The position numbers and the translations under genes are program-made. Positions 53,990 through 64,000 of a stretch of DNA of 64,000 bases are shown here, one piece after another. Position 1 is the stretch's first letter. Every line of letters starts with the position of its first letter. The notes beneath the pieces are model-generated. The model was not told the DNA's origin. It saw only the letters and a list, made by a program, of their open reading frames with translations, and searched no databases. The stretch comes from Chrysomallon squamiferum (taxonomy: Eukaryota > Animalia > Mollusca). The DNA lies in NCBI GenBank assembly GCA_012295275.1, contig CM022670.1:1178001-1242000 (forward strand). The letters run 5' to 3'.

Positions 53990-55711
53990 TATTATTATTT
54001 CTTGTGGGTGCTATTATTTCACACCAAACAACAATTTAAGAAATACATCTGTTATGTATATATCCACTTTAACTAAAGCTTTTAGAATATGGGCTAGTTT
54101 AGAAGCGAGTGATTCACGATTAAAGATAAATGTAACGACCACAATAAACTGTTTATAATCGCTGCATGATAGAAAAGAACTTTTCTTAAGCCTTTGTCAA
54201 CAATGGTGCGACTATTTTCATTCATAGTAAACGTACGATTTTGAGTGAAAGGTTCGCTGCAATTGTTTGTCGTCAACTTCCGCTGTTAAGATAGAAAAAC
54301 AGGGCATTTGCGTATGAAACGGCTATCGGTTAGGTCGTTGTGGCTAGACGTTTGTGATTTGTCATTATTACTAGTAAAAATAAATAAGAAGAAGAAAAAG
54401 AAGAATACTTCGCGATCAAAATGTGTTAAGTACATTTACCATATTTATGACGTAATTTGAATATTATGTTGCAGTTTCTGGTTATTCTTCACATAGCTGT
54501 GTGAAATTAAATAAAGCGGAGTGACTTACGTATTTCAGGTATGGTTATTTATTTATTCATTTATTTAGTTAATTTTGATTCTAAATGTTGTTGTTGTTGT
54601 TGTTGTCGTTGTCGCTGTATTTATGTAGGGCATCAGAATGAATGTTAGTGGAAACATAATAACAGAAACGTATTTAAGAATGGTATGAAAACAAGTAGCT
54701 GAAACAGATTTGATATAATTCCAAATGTTATTTATTTTATTCAGCTTAGATAACAACGTTTGCTAATAATAAACTATGACAGTTGATCGTTCTTTCTTTC
54801 CGAGAAACGTAAGAAAGACGAAAAAGAAGAACATTTAATAGACTGAAAAAAAAAAAAAGAACTAAATTACCATAACATTAGTTTTATTCATCGTAAACAG
54901 AGTAATCGTATAGTTTTTTAATTATAATTTATTGTCGTTAAGAGTGGATTTGACAAATTGTGGTTCTAAAATATCAAAATCTAATTACTTTTATTTTTTT
55001 TCTGTATTCTTATTGTGGCATACAGGATAATAGATTATTTTAGTCACTGTGATTTACGAAGGTTTTAGCTATTTTTTGTTGCATGTACTGTGCATGTACC
55101 ATGAGCATCCGCGGGGTATTTTGGAACTATATATTTATAGACAGGGCAGATACGAATGCGAATCCACGATATTTATTAAGAGGGGTGGTCCGGAGATATA
55201 TCAGAGTTAAGAAGAAACTTGGACGTTTGATGAATGAATAAACAACGCGGACATATTTACACGCGTATATAAAAACTAGAGATATAACAAATGTAAATGA
55301 TGTGGGTGTGGAATACAACTTATCTTCTTCTGCAGAAGGTGTGCAGTCCCCCATGGGACACACCCCTGTCAAATGCACGCCTGTACTTTGTTAAGTTTGG
55401 AACACAACACAGTGAAAGGATTACATTGTTCATACACAATGTCTTTAGTATACACTCGAAGGTCTGTTCGTAAAATATCGCGTATGTTATGTAGTGCGAC
55501 AAAGAAAATGTCAGAGGTACATTAGGGTCGATAAGGTTTTTGCTAATAGCCAGTGACAGTTTGATTTATGACTACAACAGCGAGATCGCCAGTGATTAAA
55601 ACAGGTAGCTATGTTATCCTATGAAATTTCCGAGGTTTCATTAATGTTTGCAATGATAAAATATATACTGAAAGAATAATAATAAAAATAGTGACGACGA
55701 TGACGATGACG

Positions 55712-55753
<42 letters not shown>

Positions 55754-55884
55754 AAATTTTATAGAAATAAATAAATAACATAACTTAAAAGAAATGAGGA
55801 ATGAAAAAAGAAAAATTAAGAAGAAATAGTTTTTATATTCAATACATTTCCTTCTTATTTTTAGATAAAGAAGATATTTACGAA

Positions 55885-57594
55885 ATGAAGTGTTACAGAA
55901 ATTGTTTCAAAGTTCGATCCAAACAACAACGACGACGCTGTTTACTCTGGACTGCTGCTGCGGCATTTCTTTGTTGTCTGTTTTACTACAATAATGACGT
56001 ACGTGTCAATTACCAACAACAACCGGAAGTTGATCGGAAAGAACAAGGAAGAAAACCAATGGCAATTCGCGCAGATAAACCGAACCCTTTTCCCATTGCG
56101 GATCCAGTAGATCTTGATCTTCTTCCGGATTTAGCACCTGCAGTGTTACACTACATCTGGTGTGGTCTTAGACCCTTTGAATTTAGGCATTACCTGTCTC
56201 TGAAGAGCGCGCATAGAGCTGTCAAACCAGATAAAGTAATTTTTCACTTTGAAAAATTACCTCTAGAGGATAAGTACGGTTACTATCAGTGGTTTAACGA
56301 GACCCTAAAAGAGATCGATCACTTTCTTCTCAGACCCCTTAATCAAACTGCCTGTCCTACAAGTGGGACCCCAGAGAAATACATTCTAGTTCTTGATCTG
56401 TTGGAAAAATTTGGAGGAATTTACGTACCGGAAGATTCCATATGGGTCGATTTTCCAGTTCATTTACGTGCTAATTCTTTGCTCTCTGGCGTTCATCCAG
56501 TTAGTCCTTCACTGTACGAAGATGGAATTATAGTAGCCAAAAAGCACGGATTTACCAAACCTGCCAGCAGTGAAGAACTACTTGTTACTTTGTCTGTTAA
56601 GAAACATGAACACGGAGAACAAAAACCATGCGCCTCTATAAGCAATTACAATAGAGATTTAACTGGTCGTATTATTTGTGTTCGAATCGCAGACGAACTA
56701 TTTCCCAAGGATATCTGGATGCAACAAACGAAATTTGCAACTCTCGCAAGAGTTGTGGCTTATGGATCAACCCAAATAAATCACCCGTATAATCTAAATA
56801 TGCCAATTCCGAAAATAGCTCATTATGCATGTATTGACTGTAGAATTCACTTTGTCACTTATCTGAGCATGTTAAGCAGCGTCTTTGTAGCAGGTGTTAA
56901 CAAGGTGTATCTCCACGGGGTTCAGCCACCGACTGGACGATGGTGGACACGGCTGGCGCAAGACTCGCGGTTTGTCTTTGTATACAGAGAGTATCCGGAA
57001 ACTCTTTATGACAAAGCGGTTCTGACGCCAGAACTGGCCCTGGGAATAATGCGTGCAGATATTCTTCTAAAGTACGGAGGGGTTTTCCAAGACCAGAATG
57101 TTCTCTGGACACAGAAGATACCGGACTCTTATTTCGGTTTTGAATCGGTTGTTTCGCCGCATTGGTACCTGTACGGCCACTGGCCGGATTCTATAAACCA
57201 CGGAACGATAATGGCCAAACGGGACTCTCGCTATATGACAAAAGTAAGGGAGATAATGCAAAACAAGAACGATAATCCGTATTGGTTTAACGACCAATAT
57301 CTATCATACAAGATCTTGGAACGAAACCCATCATTATTAAAATTAGACAGACATTTCCAAGTGATGTGTTTAAATCATAATTGCCATCCAACATGGCAGC
57401 CGAATTATAAGTCGGGCATGATGCAGAACCGACCTGGAGGTCGGTTTAGCTGGAAGAATGATACACTATCCATTCACTGGGTAGACACATTTCCCCAGCT
57501 AAATGTGGATATGATTAAATACACCAGCGGCATGATTGTAGATATTAGCAGACATATTCTTCAATGCGCCAACATGGATCTAAACAAGTTGTGA
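55885..57594 (+). CDS. Type II membrane protein with two tandem GT32 (DXD sugar-binding, A4GNT/A4GALT-like) domains, 569 aa, single coding exon
   Basis: Basic N-tail followed by a hydrophobic anchor (RRRCLLWTAAAAFLCCLFYY). Domain 1: PAVLHYIW..HYLSLKSA..PDKVIFH..LDLLEKFGGIY. Domain 2: IPKIAHY..TYLSMLS..KVYLHG..PTGRWW..MRADILLKYGGVF. The acceptor TTTTTAG|ATAAAG at 55864/55865 makes Met29 of the track ORF (55885) the likely start. Confidence 0.75.
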   Translation: MKCYRNCFKVRSKQQRRRCLLWTAAAAFLCCLFYYNNDVRVNYQQQPEVDRKEQGRKPMAIRADKPNPFPIADPVDLDLLPDLAPAVLHYIWCGLRPFEFRHYLSLKSAHRAVKPDKVIFHFEKLPLEDKYGYYQWFNETLKEIDHFLLRPLNQTACPTSGTPEKYILVLDLLEKFGGIYVPEDSIWVDFPVHLRANSLLSGVHPVSPSLYEDGIIVAKKHGFTKPASSEELLVTLSVKKHEHGEQKPCASISNYNRDLTGRIICVRIADELFPKDIWMQQTKFATLARVVAYGSTQINHPYNLNMPIPKIAHYACIDCRIHFVTYLSMLSSVFVAGVNKVYLHGVQPPTGRWWTRLAQDSRFVFVYREYPETLYDKAVLTPELALGIMRADILLKYGGVFQDQNVLWTQKIPDSYFGFESVVSPHWYLYGHWPDSINHGTIMAKRDSRYMTKVREIMQNKNDNPYWFNDQYLSYKILERNPSLLKLDRHFQVMCLNHNCHPTWQPNYKSGMMQNRPGGRFSWKNDTLSIHWVDTFPQLNVDMIKYTSGMIVDISRHILQCANMDLNKL

Positions 57595-58135
57595 CATCAC
57601 CGATTGCTCGGTGTGTGCGTGTGTGTGTGTGTGTGTGAGTGCGAGCGTGCGTGCGTGATTAAAGAAAGAAAGGGAGATAGAGAGCAAACACGAGAGAGAT
57701 TCGGAAAGAGAAGTCTGATTAAAATGCATTTAACAAAATTTGGCAACAAACCATGGGAATATTGTATCACATGTATATTTAAATACTTTCCCACACTATC
57801 AACAAAAGAATTCTTATCACTTATTCTTGCGTTTGTTAAAAATAAATGACATTTATTCTTGTTTTGAATATCTTCTGGTAGCATTGCCAATTTTGGCTGT
57901 TGAAATTATTCTTTTTCTTTTTTCATCACCTACTTCTTTTATTCGATTTTTTTCCCGTCAATATTTTTAATGTGTGTTTTGTAAAGATTTGTGAAAACCG
58001 ATTTGAGTAGAAGACTATGTGATGAGAGGTGGTGCCACAATGTTAAATTAACAAATACAAAGGTTTTCAAAAAATATTATTTTGTATTTCATATCGAGTT
58101 ACACAAATTATATATGATAATAGCAAAGGAGTGTG

Positions 58136-58231
<96 letters not shown>

Positions 58232-58883
58232 ACTAAACTTTACTTGTATTAGAACAAAACAAAATATAATCATTAAATACAGATGAAACCATTTGTAATC
58301 ACTGAAATGTATTTGTGTTTATATGCATACCATTTTTTCTTTTTCTTTAACGATGAACAGTTTTGGCTAATAATAAAGTATAACAGTAAAATAACAACGT
58401 TGTGGATTTTTTAATTATTTTTTTTAATATGTTATGTCATAAATAACTATGTAGATAAGGTCAAGGATATGCATACATATGGTAATTTTTTAAATCTATT
58501 AGCTTTTTCTTTTTTCTTTCTTTATTTATTAATTTTATGCTCTCTGTCTTTCTTGTGTGTATGTTATTTACGCACCATTTTTATTTATGTCGATATAAAT
58601 TAGAAAATGTCATTGTTCGAGTTTCTAGTTACACTTGAATGTTTCAGAATTTAATACGCAGAAACATTAAAAAGCCGTAAAGTCAAACAAAAAAAATTTA
58701 AAAATCAAAAACAAACATAACAGATTCGTGTGAAGAACCAATGAAACTGTGATTGCCAGTCATTCAAAGTTGATCGTGAGTTCACTAAGTTTATGCAAAA
58801 CTGACACTTGCATAACATTAAGACATTAATTTTATTCTACATGTATTTGTTATCTACTGCTGGGATATAAAAGAAAATTAAAG

Positions 58884-58948
<65 letters not shown>

Positions 58949-59874
58949 TGTATTTTATTTCTAGTTAAAACAGTTTATATAAAGAAAACAATTTAGAAAG
59001 TCTAAATTTAATATATTCACAAATCATTTTATTTATTTTTTAATGTCAAACTATATTTTGCTTCTAGCTATATTATGGATTTAAACACATACACACATAC
59101 ATATACACATTTTTATTTATTTACGTCGTTTGTTATAGTATTGTAATTTATATTTTTATATTTTAATTTTATTATGTATTGTATCTATAAATTTTATTAT
59201 ATATTAACGAGAATTATTAAACGATAAAATAAATCCAGCACACAGTCGTTTAATCATATTTCAGTATAAAATATATAAGTAATAAATATTAATATTACGT
59301 ATTATTGAAGGTGTGAAAATCGGTGCTGTTGTTATTTTGAAGACGTAAATAAAAAGATATGACAGTGGTTAATCAGTGAAACACACCATAAAAACATCTT
59401 ACGGCTCATTTTATATCTTACACCCTCTATCACATTTCAAGATTCTTCTAATATTAATATTTATTAAATATAGTTTAATAAAATAAAAAAAAAATGATAT
59501 ATTTTCCACCAGGTAAGAAAACAACAACAAATAATATAACAAAAAAACCAACTAAACAACAACAATCAAAAACAAAAAGTAAACCAGAACAACAAGACAC
59601 TAGAAATTAAAATAAATAAATGAATAAATAATGAAATAATGGAATAAATCAAATAAACACCTTTATACTTGTCTGGCTGAAAACACAACATTAATGACAA
59701 TCAGAATCTACATAGCTAATAGATATTAATGCAATCTTAAAATATTTTGACAATAATTAAATATTTAAACGGGTGTATGAAAAAGACAAACAACTTCGAG
59801 GTTAAAAAGTGAAAACAGTGTAATTGTGCGACATATCACACTTGGAGCTTTGGAATTCCTCGTCGATTTTCTTC

Positions 59875-60100
59875 AGGGACACTTCAGAGCGCTGGCCTGA
59901 CGTTTGATGGGTAGCAGCAACACCCGTTCCCGTTCCAGCCAGTGTTGAACAAAACATACCTTTTTAAAAGGTCCTTTGCTGCTAATGTATAAAGTTATCC
60001 AAATAGAGACGACAAGGTGTTTTCAGTATTGCGTCTTCATTTTACAAGGAAACGAAAGACTGACAACTTGTAACCGTTATCTCTGCCAACAAGCATACTT
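59875..60100 (+). mobile_element. Degenerate tRNA-derived SINE relic (resembles the molluscan Nin-domain SINE)
   Basis: Ordered motifs AGAGCGCTGGCCTGA ... CCCGTTCCAGCCAGTG ... AAAAGGTCCTTTGCTGCTAAT resemble, from memory, an abundant gastropod SINE. Reverse-complement matches to these motifs occur at 1222-1233 and 5098-5105. Confidence 0.55.
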
Positions 60101-61634
60101 CTTGGTCTAACACGCTCTCCACAGTGACCATGTATACTCGAAAGACTGAGTCAAAGGAACAGTTTTAAGAGACATAGAACATTCGAGAAAATATATTTAT
60201 TGAGGCTGATAGTCCGAAATTGTATTTAAATTCAAAGTAAATAGACTAAAAATCAGATACATTTTTACTTACTTAACTACTGATACATATTCTCTTGTTA
60301 TTGTTGTATCATTATTATCATCATCATTTATATATGTATCAAATCTTAATAAATAGGTTAGGATATTGAGATAAAATATATTGTCATCTAGACCAAGAGT
60401 TTATTCGATATTTTAAATCAAAATCATATACAATGTCAATTTAGTTTTCTTGATACAACATACAGAAGTCAAATGGGATAGGAGCTAAAATACGTAACAT
60501 AGTAATACTGCTGCCTCTGACAAATAAATAAAAATAGCACTGTAATGGCTTGTAAAATTCATACAAAACAATAAGTTCCAATTTCGGACAGTCACGTATA
60601 TACTCGTGTAAAATGCGATTATGGTATTTTTACTAAATCACTAACGTTGTCATTTAGTAAATTTATACCTACAGTCAGTACTTTGTTTTCAGTTTGTATA
60701 AAATGGCAAATTTTTCATTTGTTTGACATTAGTAATATGTTGCTTTACAAAGTATCAGAATCATTTTGTTCATAAATTTGTACACATACATATTCTAAAA
60801 TAATTATCCATTTCAAAAGTTACTGAACTGACAGTGACAGTGAATATTATTAAATAATAAATATGCTTTTCAACGACATGCTGGAAAGTACAACAAAAGA
60901 GATGTATTTGGTCCATTTATTTTGATTCTTTTTATTAATAAAATTGTTTTGAAACAAAACAGATTTTTCTTTGAGATACTCCGTTTTATCAACGATTTTT
61001 ATGCTTTGGTCGAAATAACTGTTCCCGTCCCCTTTTGGTTACAATTTTATCGTCCCGAAATATTCACTCGATTCAAGGGAAATAACTCTAAAATTCCAGC
61101 GACATGACATCGATATTTATGTTAAGAAATTTGTTTAAAGGTATAGCAATTACTCATTCTTTTTGAATATATCATCTGATATTCTCGGGTGTATCTAATT
61201 GATATTTGCAGCTAATTAATACTAGAAGTCCAGCAGATATGATATTTATTGATTGTCAGGTTGAACTTACGTTGCTGTGTCAACGCAGCAAGCCTTACAT
61301 AATTTTCAAGGCAGTGCCAAAGTTCAGTATTATGAACAGGCAGGCAGCTTTATTATGTAAGATCCTTTTTATAATTTATTCGTTTCTTTTTGTTTATGTC
61401 GACAATGCATTATAATTCAGTATCATGATACAAGTGTTGACACAAATTATTCAGATAAAGCTGGGGTTTTTTTTATGTTATCAACGGTGTGGTCGTAATG
61501 AAAGCGCTGATTATTTTATATTATTATTATTTTTTTTTTTCCCCTCAACGATGGCCTATGCAGATATAAATGATAGTTAAAATGTAATGACAAAAAATAT
61601 TACCTGATGCTGTCATTCAGGGAAGCCAAATTTT

Positions 61635-61696
61635 AATATAATATAATATAATATAATATAATATAATATAATATAATATAATATAATATAATATAT
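61635..61696. repeat. (AATAT)n pentanucleotide repeat
   Basis: Read directly from the sequence. Confidence 0.93.
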
Positions 61697-61834
61697 GTAT
61701 ATTAATTATTTTATTGTTCTGAGAATAATATTATTAAACTAATTATTAGAATTTTTTAACTAATGCACTGGTAATGAATTTAACTGTGCCTGATATGAAA
61801 ATATTTGAAGAACATATTTCACTGCTGGTTTCAG

Positions 61835-62034
61835 AACATATAATAAGAACAGAGTTTAAGATTATTCGCACAATGTGCAGTTCGAAGACTCCAAAGTACG
61901 AGACACTTGAGTTGTCCCGTCCCAGGGAATTTGTAGTTCAAGTTGAGCTGAACAGACCAGAGAAGAGAAATGCCATGAACAAAGCCTTTTGGAGGTGTGT
62001 ACAAGCAGAAATTATATGATAAAAATAATATTAA

Positions 62035-62072
<38 letters not shown>

Positions 62073-63532
62073 TACATTATATATATATATATATATACAT
62101 GTGTATAGTTATTCAAAATTGATTCAAAGTTAATCATAAATATTTTATTACACCTAATTTTTTTCTTGAAAAATCTATAAGTATTGAGAAGTATATATAA
62201 TTAATTAATTAATTTATTTATTTATTTATTTATTTGTTATTATTTTTGTTATTATTATTATTATTATTATTTACATACATTATACCAAATTTTAATTTTT
62301 AAGAAACTATTTACAATTTAATATGTTAATAAAAGATAAATAAAAATGATAAATGATAATAATAATAAACAACAACAACAGTTACAATGTTGATTACTTC
62401 TAGGTACTATATGGGAACAAAATCACATTAGAAACTTTAAGACCAATAAGTATTTACGTTTATCTGACATGTAAACATCAACAGCTGTATATTATTATTT
62501 TGTGCAGGGAAATGGTGGAATGTTTTAATTATCTCAGAGATGATGAAAACTGCAGGGTAGTGCTTCTATCAGCAGCAGGCAAGATGTTCACAGCAGGTAT
62601 AAATAAAAAGTAAAATCTAGCATTATTAATTTATGTACAATATCAAATTTAGTTCAATTATATTTGTGTGAAAATATCAATATCAATATAATATTATACA
62701 GTCATAATTTAATAATTATTTTATATGTGTGCTCATATGTATGATTATTATTATTACTACTACTATTACTACTAAAACTACTGATTATTATTTAAGATAA
62801 TATGATATCTTGTCAGGTATTGATCTCACAGACTTGGGGTCTCTGGCTGCCATAGTTCAGTCAGAACAAGACATTGCTAGGAAAGCTTTTCAGATGAGAC
62901 CGTTGATCAGACAGTACCAAGAAGCCTTCTCCGTCATTGAAAAAGTAAGAACCAGTCGGGTGAAATGGTAACATGTTGAAACTAGCAGGGCAAAAGGGCA
63001 AAAATATGTTGAAACTTTCAGCGTGAAAGGTAATGTAGAAATAATTAGGTAAAATATCTATGAATCAACAGAATAAAAATAAATCAGCAGAATAAAAGGA
63101 TGAAATGTGTTTTGTGTATGTTTATTGTGTGTGTTTATTGTGTGTGTGAATGTGTCTTTAGGATACTGGGTAAAATTAGGTAGGAAAAAAAACAGGGTAA
63201 AAGTAAAACTGCATAAAGTAATATGGGAAAGGATTTAAGTGTATTGGAAGCAAATGATTCAATTACACTGAAAGGATCAGGCTGAAAAGGTAATAATTAA
63301 AAAAGTTAATTAGACTTATACATTATATTTAGGACAAATTATAATGTATTGATCAGTGTACTTGAATTTGTAAATATTCCAGGATCTTGTTACTTTTACT
63401 TATTTTGTTTCCCCCCAGTGTCCAAAGCCAGTAATAGCCGCTGTCCACAATGCCTGTGTGGGGGGAGGTATTGACATGATATCAGCATGTGACATCAGGT
63501 ACTGCACACAAGATGCTTGGTTTCAGATTAAG
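61835..63532 (+). CDS. ECH1: Delta(3,5)-Delta(2,4)-dienoyl-CoA isomerase (crotonase family), 5' part; the gene continues past the window
   Basis: Exons 61835-61994 ([24 protein letters not shown]), 62508-62596 ([22 protein letters not shown]), 62817-62944 ([23 protein letters not shown]) and 63419-63532 ([38 protein letters not shown]), with consistent phases. The start is uncertain: ATG 61873, or a candidate first exon at 61332-61356. Confidence 0.92.
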
Positions 63533-64000
63533 GTAAAACATTTTTTTCTTTTTTTTAAATACATGTTTTTAGTTATTGTTACTCATTTTCGTCCTGTTGA
63601 TTGAGACATTGTAGCTAAGTATTTGTACAGCAGTTATCTCAGAACTAGAAGGGTTGTTGGATTAATCCTAGGTTGGTTATCTGTTGGGCAGTTTCCCATT
63701 CTGTTCCGAATTTCAGGTTTGATATAGAAGAACTGTTCAGAGTGTTTTCCTATTAGTGCGAAAAGATTCCTTGTTACTAATTACTGAGGCCAGTCCATAC
63801 TGTGACAGAAGCAAGTTTTCTCTCTCATGTTGTGTGTTTATGTGCTTGTTTGTAATCTGCTTATAAAATCTGTTTTGTTTTTTTGTGTATTGTGTGCATG
63901 TTTTATGTGTGTGTATGTTGTAACTACATAAGGTATGTGTGTGTATGTTGTAACTACATAAAGTGTGTGTGTATATGTATATTGCATGTCTTGTTTTTGT

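Noticed and set aside
55801-55884. First 28 codons of the 597-aa track ORF
   Set aside because: AT-rich intron-like sequence ending in a polypyrimidine tract and AG at 55864. ATG 55885 gives a proper type II membrane N-terminus.

Overview
This is AT-rich, microsatellite-dense eukaryotic DNA with spliceosomal GT-AG introns. It is animal and probably a gastropod mollusc, inferred from SINE relics and gene style. It contains no prokaryotic features, and most entries in the ORF track are low-complexity noise. Six protein-coding genes can be assembled by hand: (1) a 3-exon CCK/sulfakinin-type GPCR (+, 2638-24959); (2) 12-exon phosphoglycerate kinase (-, 31168-37564), which as written has a +1 frameshift in its GGAKV motif; (3) an intronless LTO1/ORAOV1 ORF nested inside PGK intron 1 on the same strand (-, 36883-37260); (4) a myotubularin MTMR1/2-type phosphatase with 17 coding exons (+, 38709-46795), head-to-head with PGK; (5) a single-coding-exon type II membrane protein with two tandem GT32-like domains whose DXD motifs are both degenerate (+, 55885-57594); (6) ECH1 dienoyl-CoA isomerase (+, about 61332 to beyond the window end). 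The most unusual element is the PGK/LTO1 unit. It is a same-strand nested gene whose tandem AG acceptor would turn PGK exon 1 into either an overlapping uORF or an in-frame N-terminal fusion. It is preceded by a hairpin-rich intron segment and lies near a divergent promoter region with palindromic HRE and ETS motifs. All coordinates were read by eye and no database searches were run.
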